Made by a program: the position numbers and the translations under genes | Assembly (NCBI GenBank): GCA_016187225.1 | Contig: JACPKC010000002.1 | Coordinates: forward strand, 3,387-67,386 | Direction: 5' to 3' | From: Candidatus Berkelbacteria bacterium | Lineage (GTDB): Bacteria; Patescibacteriota; UBA1384; JACPKC01 | DNA length: 64,000 nucleotides | The notes under the pieces: generated by a model | What the model was told of the DNA's origin: nothing | The model's database searches: none | Seen by the model: the letters and a program-made list of their open reading frames with translations, nothing else | Shown: piece by piece, positions 8,972 to 17,951 of the stretch | How the letters are laid out: each line of letters starts with the position of its first letter | How positions within the stretch are numbered: the stretch's first letter is position 1

Positions 8972-9367
8972 CTAGCGCGTTTTAATTGTCAGACGGCGCG
9001 CGCGAGTCTTGGTAAGTTTGGGAATTGTGATTGTGAGAATGCCGTTTTTAAGGTCGGCGTTGGCGTTGTCGGCATCCACCGAGGTGGGCAGAACATACGA
9101 CCGCGAAAATGAACCCCAGTAACACTCTTGAACGAAATAGTTTTCACGTGTAATCGTATCGCCAAACTGGCGTTCGCCTTTGATCGTGACCATGTCGTCG
9201 GTGATGGCAATGTCGAGGTTTTCAGGCAAAACACCAGCAATTGGCGCCTTAATAACCACCGAGTCTTCAGTTTGATAGGCGTCGATTGCCAATTGCCCGC
9301 CGCTATCTTCTTCCAACCAGTCGTCGCTGGCCACATCCGTAGTTTGTTTGTCTGTCATTAAACCCAT
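8972..9367 (-). CDS. Hsp20/alpha-crystallin family small heat-shock protein
   Basis: Alpha-crystallin domain: AIDAYQTEDSVVIKAPIAGVLPENLDIAI...GSFSRSYVLPTSVDADNANADLKNGILTITIPK. Confidence 0.85.
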   Translation of the reverse strand: MGLMTDKQTTDVASDDWLEEDSGGQLAIDAYQTEDSVVIKAPIAGVLPENLDIAITDDMVTIKGERQFGDTITRENYFVQECYWGSFSRSYVLPTSVDADNANADLKNGILTITIPKLTKTRARRLTIKTR

Positions 9368-9422
9368 GCCGCCTCCTCTATTTATATATTAGAGAGGCAA
9401 TGAGTAATAGGCAAGAGATGAT

Positions 9423-10124
9423 TTAGGGCGCTTCATCATAGGCGAGGGTAAGAGCGGCGCGTTCGCGAAAGCCAGCTTGGGCAAGACAGCGAGCGGCTTC
9501 GGCAAGAGTGGCGCCAGTAGTGCAAATATCATCGATCAGTAAAACAGGCCCTTGAATTTCAGGGCCTGTCCATTTAAAAACGCCGCTCACATTTTTTTGC
9601 CGCTCGCGGCGCGAAAGCCCAACTTGACTCCGCGTTTCTTGGATTCGCTGAAGTTGAGTCCTGACAGGTATGTGAGTTAACTCGGAGAGGGCGCGAGCAA
9701 GTAGAAAAGCTTGATTATAACCACGGGATCGCAAACGCTGGGGGCTGATTGGGATTGGAATGAGCGCCGACCAAGACGTGTGTTTAAGAATAGTTTGCCA
9801 ACGACTATATGCATGAGCCGCAAACTCGTCGAAGGCGGCCGAGAGCCCCTGATATTTTAACTTGTGGAGAGCGCGTTTCAGGGGTTGTTTTTGGTAACTC
9901 CCGAAACAGCCAAGCGCCTTGAGGTTCAGAGATTGTTGGTGCGTTTTGCACAGCGCGTTCGGCGCGAACGTAGTTCGTCGACAAATCTGGCATTGAGTTG
10001 GCGAGAGCGAGAGCGCGCTTTCATGAATACAAGTTTTGCAAAACCAATTTCCTCGTCGCTGGCAACCTAGACAAAAGGTTGGGCAGAGACAATCTCCAAT
10101 TTCATTAAAAATAAGTTTAAGCAT
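9423..10124 (-). CDS. comFC: ComF-family protein (ComFC-like phosphoribosyltransferase with N-terminal Cys-rich zinc finger)
   Basis: CxxC...CxxC pairs at the N-terminus. PRTase motif VLLIDDICTTGATLAEAARCL. Confidence 0.75.
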   Translation of the reverse strand: MLKLIFNEIGDCLCPTFCLGCQRRGNWFCKTCIHESALSLSPTQCQICRRTTFAPNALCKTHQQSLNLKALGCFGSYQKQPLKRALHKLKYQGLSAAFDEFAAHAYSRWQTILKHTSWSALIPIPISPQRLRSRGYNQAFLLARALSELTHIPVRTQLQRIQETRSQVGLSRRERQKNVSGVFKWTGPEIQGPVLLIDDICTTGATLAEAARCLAQAGFRERAALTLAYDEAP

Positions 10125-10167
10125 ACGCGGGCTTTACTCTTATCTTTTCACCAGAGATGATATTAAC

Positions 10168-10788
10168 ATGAGTTCGCAGTCAGCGCCGATCGCAAATTTT
10201 TTTAGCAATCGTTTGGCTTATGTCGTTTCGGCTCTCTTTAGTCCATTCTTAATTTTGCCGGCGTTAATTGTCGCCGCAACCTGGCGTGTTGCCGCCTCCC
10301 CGCCGCAATTTGTAGCTTGGGTCGGCATCCCCTTCCTTTTTCTCTTTATCATACCGACCGCTTATATTGCGAACGAAGTTCGAGCGCGGCGGATGAGCGA
10401 TATTCATATTATGGTCCGCGAACAGCGCGCGATGGCATTTTTAGTTTTTCTAGTTTCGGCCGCCGTTGCGATTGGCATCTACTGGTGGATAAAAGTTCCC
10501 GCGTCGCTCCTTATTTTAGGCGTTGTTGTTTTCTTAAATGCGTTATTTGCGGCTTTCATTACGCTTTTTTGGAAGATCAGCATTCATGCCTGGGTGCTTT
10601 CGGGTGCGGTCACGGCCTTTGCGCTGATTGTCGATTCGCCTTTTGCCTGGTGGATTTTACTTTTTATTCCGCTCGTCATTTGGTCGCGAATCTATCGCGG
10701 CCGCCACACAGTTTTGCAAGGGTTGATGGGGGCATTGATTGGCGCGAGCGCCACTTATGCGCTCTATCTTCTAATTCGGAGCACTTAG
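10168..10788 (+). CDS. polytopic membrane protein, PAP2 (type-2 phosphatidic-acid phosphatase)-like candidate
   Basis: ORF 10036..10788, start moved to ATG 10168. Six hydrophobic segments. KISIHAW (SxH) and SRIYRGRHTVLQG resemble PAP2 motifs 2 and 3 (SRx5Hx3D with D replaced by Q). Confidence 0.4.
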   Translation: MSSQSAPIANFFSNRLAYVVSALFSPFLILPALIVAATWRVAASPPQFVAWVGIPFLFLFIIPTAYIANEVRARRMSDIHIMVREQRAMAFLVFLVSAAVAIGIYWWIKVPASLLILGVVVFLNALFAAFITLFWKISIHAWVLSGAVTAFALIVDSPFAWWILLFIPLVIWSRIYRGRHTVLQGLMGALIGASATYALYLLIRST

Positions 10789-10843
10789 AATTAGAACTTA
10801 GTCGAAAAGTGAGAAAGTTCTAAATTTGCTATAATAAATATAT

Positions 10844-13800
10844 ATGCGTTGGCTCGACCGAGCGATCATATTTTTTTCTGCACTCTTGAGCGCAGTCTTG
10901 ATGGTAATTCCGCAAAGTGTTGCGGCGGTTGATTTTAATTCTTCAAATATTATTTCCAACAGTGAGTTTATCGATACAAATTCAATGACCGCGCCGGAAA
11001 TTCAGCGTTTCTTGGAAGACCGGGGCGGTTTTTTAAAAGATTTTACAGAAAACGGCCGCTCGGCCGCGCAAATCATTTACGATGCCTCTCACGGTTACGG
11101 TGATGCTTCGGGCGCGATCAACGGCATCGCGCTGACAACGAGTACCGGCACGGTGAGTCCGAAAGTGATCCTGGTCACCCTTCAAAAAGAGCAAAGTCTG
11201 CTGACAATGACATCCCAAAACGACAGCGCCTTGCGGGCGGCGATGGGCTATGCTTGTCCGGATTCGGGCGGGTGTAACTCTAACTATGCTGGTTTTACCA
11301 AGCAAGTTGAGAACGGCGCTTGGCAGTTGCGCTATAACTATGAGCGTTCACAGGCTACAGGCTTTGGCGATTATCAAGTGGGTCAATCATTTTGTTTTGA
11401 CGATTTTAACGGCACTAACTGCGGCACATATGAAAATCGCGCCACCGCCGCGCTCTACCGCTACACGCCGCATGTTTATAATGGGAACTACAATTTCCAT
11501 AATCTCTACTACAACACCTACAACTTCACTGGGCCGGAGTTCGCGGCGACCCTAATTTCTTGGTCAAGTTCGGCTGGGCTTTATCAGTATCCTTCGGTAA
11601 GCAGTGGTCAGGATGCCACCTTGCAGGTCACACTGCGAAATATGGGGCGCACGACTTGGCAAAGAGGGGCGGTGAATTTAGGCACGGAACAGAATCGCGA
11701 CCGCATCACCGGTTTCAATCGTGGAACGGGCTGGCGATCAGGAAATCGAGTTTCGTTGGTTGAAGTCTCGGTTGCGCCGGGTGAAAATGGCACCTTTAAT
11801 TTTGTGGTTTCGCCGCCTTATTCTCTTCAAAGCGGCACTTATCGAGAACACTTCCGCCTCGTGGCCGATGGCATCAGCTGGTTTGGGCCAGAGTTATTCT
11901 GGGATATTTCAGTGACGGCGAGTTATCAGGCATCAGTCAGTTCATGGTCAACTTCAAGCGGTTCGCATACTTATCCAAGCGTAACTCGGGGCGGAAATGG
12001 CACAAATATAATTTTGAGAGTTCAAAATACTGGCGCGGCAATTTGGCAGAGAGGGACGGTGAATTTAGGCAGTGATCAGCCGCGCGATCGCGGCACGGGC
12101 TTTTTGCGCGAGTCGGGCACTGGAGTGGCTTCGGGCTGGGTCTCACAGAATCGAATCCAGATGCAAGAGAGTTCAGTCCCGCCTGGTGAAACAGCGACTT
12201 TCTCCTTCTGGCTTCAAGCGCCATCGAATATGCGCCCGGGGACTTACCGAGAACACTATCGTCTGGTGGCGGATGGATTAGATTGGTTCGGACCCGAGTA
12301 CTACTGGGATTTTGATTTTCCTTTGGAGTCAAAACAGATTGCTCTAATTGACGACTCTCCAGCTCGGAAAGTTCAAGTGGGCGAGGAAACCACTCACCAC
12401 TCACCACTCATCACTCACCTGCTTACTTTCAGCGAATCGCCAGATGCGGTAAAACTCGCTTGCGCTCTTAATCTTTCTGAAGATGCGGTCGAAATTAATC
12501 AGGCAACTCAAACCGCTATTATCTCGGGTGAGATTCCTGATTTGAGCAAGCTGGCCGCCGTGTTGCCAACCCTCGAGAGTGTGGAAGCCGATGAGCCAAT
12601 TCGAATCTTCTCAACCCCGAATGACCCCAGGTATAGTAGTCAGGCAACGACTTTCTCGCAAATGAACATGCAAGCCGGCTGGGATTACGTGCAGGGCAAA
12701 ACGAGCGCTGTCATTGCCGTCATTGATACCGGCGTAGACGGAACGCACGAAGATTTAACCGGCAAGGTATTGGCAGGCAGAAATATCTCGGCCAATACCG
12801 CGATCGCGGCTAATACTGACTCGGATGACAATGGGCATGGCACGAATATCGCCGGCATCGCGGCGGCGGGCGGCGATAATTCCATTGGAATGACAGGGGT
12901 TGATTGGCAGGCGCGAATTTTGCCAATCAAAGCTTTCAATAGTGATGGATTGGCAGAGACTTCAGATATCGTTTCGGCGATTGAGTATGCTATTAATCAG
13001 AATGCGACCGTGATTACGATGAGTTTTGGTCGCTCAACACCTTCAGATGCGTTAGAAGCGGCGGTTAATAGCGCCGCCAGTCGCGGCATTCTTCTTGTCG
13101 CGGCGGCTGGCAATACGGGCGAGAGTTCAGTTTACTATCCCGCGGCTTATGAAAATGTGATTGCGGCCGGCGCCGTGCAGGCCGATAATGCTCGTGCCAG
13201 TTTTTCTAATTACGGTAGCGCTCTTGATTTAATGGCGCCGGGTGTTTCAGTAATCGCAACTGCCGACGGCGGGGGGTATGAAGCCGTGAGCGGCACGTCA
13301 TTTGCTGTGCCTTTCATTGCTGGCATCTCAACCTTGGTGAAGGATTTTCATAGTAGCGCCAGTGCGAGTGATGTAACGAGTATTTTAAACTCGACGGCCA
13401 CCAAGGTTAGCGGTATGAACGGCAATCTGCGAACCGATGAATATGGCAACGGTGTTGTGAATTTAGCCGATGCGCTTGTTAGCGCTGGAGACTATCAGGC
13501 TTCGACAATTTCTTGGTCAACCAGTAACGGTTTATTTACCTATCCAACTCTCTCTTTGGGTGGCAGTGGCGCGAATGTCATTCTCACAGTGCGAAATACC
13601 GGTACCTCGCGCTGGTTTCGCGATCTGGTGCATCTAGGCGCCGATCAGCCGCGCGATCGCGGCACGGGCTTTTTGCGCGAGTCGGGCACTGGAGTGGCTT
13701 CGGGCTGGGTCTCACAGAATCGAATCCAGATGCAAGAGAGTTCAGTCCCGCCTGGTGAAACAGCGACTTTCTGGATTAGATTGGTTCGGACCCGAGTACT

Positions 13801-14237
13801 ACTGGGATTTTCGGGTTTTATCAGAACTCGATGGGTATGGAGCAAGCACCTTAAACTGGTCAACCTCGGATGGACTTTTTACCTATCCAAGTGTTATTCG
13901 AGGTGGAGCTGGCACGAATATCGTGTTACGGGTCCGGAATACCGGCACAACGACCTGGATACAAGAGACTGTTCATCTAGGCGCCGATCAGCCGCGCGAT
14001 CGCGGCACGGGCTTTTTGCGCGAGTCGGGCACTGGAGTGGCTTCGGGCTGGGTCTCACAGAATCGAATCCAGATGCAAGAGAGTTCAGTCGCTCCGGGTG
14101 AAACCGCCACCTTTTCATTTTGGTTACAAGCGCCGTCCGGAATGAGTCCGGGCACCTATCATGAACACTTCAAAGTCGTAGCCGATGGTCTGGGTTGGTT
14201 TGGTTCAGAAGCGTACTGGGATGTTATCGTGAGATAA
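10844..14237 (+). CDS. large secreted S8 subtilisin-family peptidase with internal I9-like propeptide and five Ig-like/beta-sandwich repeats; reading frame interrupted near 13773
   Basis: Signal peptide MRWLDRAIIFFSALLSAVLMVIPQSVAA. Catalytic triad contexts AVIDTGVDGTHEDL, DNGHGTNIAGIAAAG and GTSFAVPFIAGI. Repeat unit ...NLGxDQPRDRGTGFLRESGTGVASGWVSQNRIQMQESSVPPGETATFSFWLQAPS..GTYREH(Y/F)RLVADG..WFGPE occurs at least five times. ORF 10844..14101 and ORF 13755..14237 are joined by an apparent 73-bp deletion relative to the repeat copy at 12204. Confidence 0.75.
12074..12203. repeat. 130-bp perfect intragenic repeat, copy 1
   Basis: Identical to 13643..13772, and to 13986..14090 over 105 bp. 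Confidence 0.85.
13643..13772. repeat. 130-bp perfect intragenic repeat, copy 2 (ends at the deletion/frameshift junction)
   Basis: String identity with copy 1. Downstream sequence rejoins the repeat unit 73 nt later than in copy 1. Confidence 0.85.
13986..14090. repeat. 105-bp perfect intragenic repeat, copy 3
   Basis: String identity with copies 1 and 2. Confidence 0.85.
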
Positions 14238-14296
14238 GGCGCAAATCACTAGATCAACACTACGGTCTAATTCACTTCATTGGCCTTGAACTAGAT

Positions 14297-15181
14297 ATGT
14301 CTCTACAGAATCAGCACAAACAAGCTCAACAGGCGCTTTATGACGCTCATCTCCTCGATGATCTTGCCGCGGGCGCCGGAACCTTTGGATTTCGCAAGCC
14401 CAAGTTATTGCGCGATCTCGCTTTTGCGCGTTGGCTTGCCCGCCTTGAACTTAAAAGCGGTGAGCAAGTGCTGGATGTTGGTTGTAATGCCGGCGCTCGA
14501 CTTGAAGCTCTTCGGCGCGAATACGGGATCGAGGGCACGGGCATTGATCTTTCGCCGAAGACAATTGCGCTTGGCCAAAAACATTTTCCAGCGTTGACCC
14601 TTCAGGTGGGAGACGCCGAACTTTTGCCTTATCAGGAAAATTCTTTTGACACAGTCATTAGTTTCGAAACCTTTGAGCATCTGCCCAACCCTGGCAAGGC
14701 GTTGGCAGAAATCGGTCGTGTTGTTAGGCCTGGTGGTTGGGTGTTGATTTACGCTATTTCACGACGCAATGCTGGCACTTGGCATTGGCTTCAATCTAAG
14801 TTGAGCGGCGGTCGCTTGGGCACGGGCGCCTTGCGCGATCATCTTCCCGAACTTCTTGTTCCACCAGAATGCTTTCCAGCTTGGTCTCAAAAAGCGGGAC
14901 TCAAGATCCAACAGAGAGGTCTTTTGCATCAATTTTTTACCCTTTTGCATGATGAACCTTGGAGCGCCTTCCTCGCAACACTTGCCCCCAAACGCTCTCG
15001 GCCACGACTTGATACAATAAAAATGGCAGGCAATCTACCTCGCGCGCCGGGCAAGTTTTTTATGCTCTACCGCGTCTGGCTTCATGGCATGGAGATTGTC
15101 ATGAGTCTTTTGGATTTACCCTGGCAAATGGCACGAGTAAGCGATGGTATTTTTGTTTTATTGAAAAAACAAGAATTGTGA
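14297..15181 (+). CDS. class I SAM-dependent methyltransferase
   Basis: Motif I VLDVGCNAG. Post-I and II regions IDLSP...DAELLPYQENSFDTVISFETFEHLPNPGKALAEIGRVVRPGGWVLI. Confidence 0.8.
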   Translation: MSLQNQHKQAQQALYDAHLLDDLAAGAGTFGFRKPKLLRDLAFARWLARLELKSGEQVLDVGCNAGARLEALRREYGIEGTGIDLSPKTIALGQKHFPALTLQVGDAELLPYQENSFDTVISFETFEHLPNPGKALAEIGRVVRPGGWVLIYAISRRNAGTWHWLQSKLSGGRLGTGALRDHLPELLVPPECFPAWSQKAGLKIQQRGLLHQFFTLLHDEPWSAFLATLAPKRSRPRLDTIKMAGNLPRAPGKFFMLYRVWLHGMEIVMSLLDLPWQMARVSDGIFVLLKKQEL

Positions 15182-16722
15182 TTAGGAGGGGCAAGATCTT
15201 GAAGCGTCAAAGTATTATCTCGGGATTCATCTTCGGGCTACTTTTAGGCGTACTTGGACTTCGTCTTTACCTCTTGTTTTGGGGCTATTTTCAATATGAA
15301 TTTATTGTGCCGCCGGGGGGAGATCCAGCTGTTCATTTACAATTTATCAATGCGATTCAGCGTGGCACGTTTCAAATTGGCGCCTATCCGCCGGCTTTTC
15401 ATTTTATTGTTGCCTGGCTCGCACAAGCGCTGGCCTTGCCCACAGTTACAATTTTAATTCTCGTCGGTCCCTTTTTAGTTGTATTGCCGGCGCTCGCGGT
15501 GTTTTTGCTCGCTCGAGCTTGGTTTGATCGCGTTACTGCGCTCTTGGCGGCCGCTCTAATTGGCCTGACTGGCGCGAGTCCGATTCTCGCTTATATGGAT
15601 GGGAATTATCCAAATTTAATCGCTGGCGGCTTCTTCCTGATCCTTGGCATTACGGCGCTTGTTCTGGGGCTACGGAAACAGCCAGTTTTTTACAGCACAC
15701 TTGCGAGCCTGTCTTTTTTAGCGGTGGCTTTATTCCATCACCTTACTTACGGTCTTCTGCTTGCGATTCTAGTGGTTTACTTCCTCGCTCTGTGGATTTT
15801 GAAATGGTTTAAAATTGGCTCGGTGCCATATTTGCGAACTGTGAGCTGGATAGTGTTGCCCTCGCTCTTGCTCACCGTCGCAGTCGCTCTTCTCTTGGCT
15901 GGGCCCGAAGTGATCTTGCCGGCGCTCCGCGATCTTTTAGGCGGTCAGCCGCCATCTATTTTTGATTCAGCGCTTCGAACGCCAATTCGTCTAGGGCAAT
16001 ACAATGAAATTGTTGGTCCGGTTGTGGTGGTGAGCGGTATTTTGGGTATCATCTTTTTGATTCAGCGCCGTGATTTGCCTTGGGAACGTCGACTCTTCTT
16101 GCTCCTTTGGATTGGGATTGTGTTTGCTCTTTCACGAACTCAATTTTCTGGTCTGCCAGCGCGATTTGCGCGAGAACTCGGCATCCCCTTGGCGCTTTCG
16201 GGTGGACTTTTGGGCACATCGCTCATGAAACTTTCAACCGATCGTTCTCATCAATTGGCAAGTGGAGCGATTCTCGCTCTCTTCCTGGTTTCGCAAACAG
16301 TGATGCTCACAACTGGCCCAGCCCAACTCCCCGAATCCTTTAGTCGACTCATCTGGTTTGACAAATCTGACCAAGAGAAGCTTGCTTATCTTGAAGACTT
16401 GCCAGTGGGAAGCCGAATTTTGGCGACACCCAGCTCGCCCTACTATGAAGCTCTGTTACCGGAGTATAAATTTTCCGCACTCGCGGCAATGGATCTCACG
16501 AATGAGCGTAAGACCGGGCAATTAATTCAATCCCGCGCCGACTATTTGTTTGTAGATACCTTGCCGGCGACTAATCCTGATCCAATTGCGTATCCATATT
16601 TTGCCAACTACGATCGGGCGCGAGTCGCCCTTGAAAATTATAGTGGAGCGAGAATTATCAAGACCTTCGCGGATGGTTCAGTTGTGAAACGCGTGATCGC
16701 CACCTTGCCAGCCGTGCAGTAA
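15178..16722 (+). CDS. polytopic membrane protein, putative GT-C-type glycosyltransferase or polymerase
   Basis: More than 10 hydrophobic segments followed by a soluble C-terminal domain of about 150 aa. Start overlaps the upstream stop (ATGA). Confidence 0.4.
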   Translation: MIRRGKILKRQSIISGFIFGLLLGVLGLRLYLLFWGYFQYEFIVPPGGDPAVHLQFINAIQRGTFQIGAYPPAFHFIVAWLAQALALPTVTILILVGPFLVVLPALAVFLLARAWFDRVTALLAAALIGLTGASPILAYMDGNYPNLIAGGFFLILGITALVLGLRKQPVFYSTLASLSFLAVALFHHLTYGLLLAILVVYFLALWILKWFKIGSVPYLRTVSWIVLPSLLLTVAVALLLAGPEVILPALRDLLGGQPPSIFDSALRTPIRLGQYNEIVGPVVVVSGILGIIFLIQRRDLPWERRLFLLLWIGIVFALSRTQFSGLPARFARELGIPLALSGGLLGTSLMKLSTDRSHQLASGAILALFLVSQTVMLTTGPAQLPESFSRLIWFDKSDQEKLAYLEDLPVGSRILATPSSPYYEALLPEYKFSALAAMDLTNERKTGQLIQSRADYLFVDTLPATNPDPIAYPYFANYDRARVALENYSGARIIKTFADGSVVKRVIATLPAVQ

Positions 16723-16814
16723 GAAGTAGATGGTGAGTGACGAGAGTTTTTTATTCGAGCTTGTCGAGAATCACCCTTTACTATCTATTACTCACTCTTC
16801 ATTATTTATTAAGA

Positions 16815-17951
16815 ATGAAGATCGCCATTATTTTGGGCACGCGCCCAGAAATTATTAAACTCGCCCCAATTCTTCGTCGCATCCAGGCGTCCGAGAATGA
16901 GCTTATGCTCATCCATACTAATCAGCACTACTCGGCAAATATGGACGGGGTATTCTTTAAGGAATTAGCTTTGCCAGCGCCAGACTCTAATCTTGGGGTT
17001 GGTTCAGGTACGCATGGCGCTCAAACTGGTTTAATGCTTGCCAGGCTCGAGAAGGCGTTGAACATGAATCGACCGGACGCAGTTCTAGTTCAGGGAGATA
17101 CTAATACAGTTTTAGCAGGCGCCTTGGCGGCGGTGAAGCTTGGTATTCAAGTCGGTCACGTGGAAGCGGGGCTTCGAAGTTACGACCGAACGATGCCGGA
17201 AGAGATCAATCGCGTTCTGACCGACCATGCGGCCGATATTTTATTTGCGCCCACTCAAAATGCGGCCCAGCTTTTACATGCCGAAGGTATTCCTAGCGAA
17301 CGAATCGAGGTTACTGGTAATACGATCGTGGATGCAATAAACGATCATCGTGAGTTAGTCAATTCACGTTCGTATATTCTATCCACGCTAAAGCTAGAGC
17401 CTCGAGGTTATTTGCTTTTAACCCTGCATCGGCCAGCGAATGTTGACCGACGAGAAACGCTCGCTGAAATTATTATAGGAATCACGAACGTGGCACGAAT
17501 AACTCAACTGCCGGTAGTCTTTCCGGCGCATCCTCGAACAGTTAAACAGCTTGAGCAATTCAAGCTCACGCTTCCGGTTTCATTTCGTCAAATTAAGCCA
17601 ATCGGCTACCTAGATTTTCTAGGCTTAGAAGCAAATGCCGAGCTTATTCTCACGGACTCCGGCGGAATTCAAGAAGAAGCCTGTGTCCTGCGAGTGCCTT
17701 GCGTGACCATCCGAGAAAACACCGAACGTCCCGAAACTCTGGCAGTAGGCGCTAACGAATTGGCAGGTCTAACCTCAATCGGCATTCAAGCGGCGAGTGC
17801 CAAAATGCTTGCGCAAGCTCGAACTTGGCAAAATCCTTTTGGCGATGGTCGCGCGAGCGATCGAATTCTTCACAAATTATCCACAAGGTTTTCCACACTG
17901 CCTGCAACGGGCTTTGCTAGTGTTAAGGGTCATGGCGACCACAACTTCTAA
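16815..17951 (+). CDS. UDP-N-acetylglucosamine 2-epimerase (WecB/NeuC family)
   Basis: MKIAIILGTRPEIIKLAPI...HTNQHYS...LVQGDTNTVLAGALAAVKLGIQVGHVEAGLRSYDRTMPEEINR is canonical Epimerase_2. Confidence 0.85.
   Translation: MKIAIILGTRPEIIKLAPILRRIQASENELMLIHTNQHYSANMDGVFFKELALPAPDSNLGVGSGTHGAQTGLMLARLEKALNMNRPDAVLVQGDTNTVLAGALAAVKLGIQVGHVEAGLRSYDRTMPEEINRVLTDHAADILFAPTQNAAQLLHAEGIPSERIEVTGNTIVDAINDHRELVNSRSYILSTLKLEPRGYLLLTLHRPANVDRRETLAEIIIGITNVARITQLPVVFPAHPRTVKQLEQFKLTLPVSFRQIKPIGYLDFLGLEANAELILTDSGGIQEEACVLRVPCVTIRENTERPETLAVGANELAGLTSIGIQAASAKMLAQARTWQNPFGDGRASDRILHKLSTRFSTLPATGFASVKGHGDHNF

Noticed and set aside
12386-12418. CACTCA-type microsatellite (CACTCACCACTCACCACTCATCACTCACC) inside the S8 gene
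   Set aside because: Short, imperfect, in frame (encodes HHSPLITHL linker). Probably just a low-complexity linker rather than a phase-variation tract.
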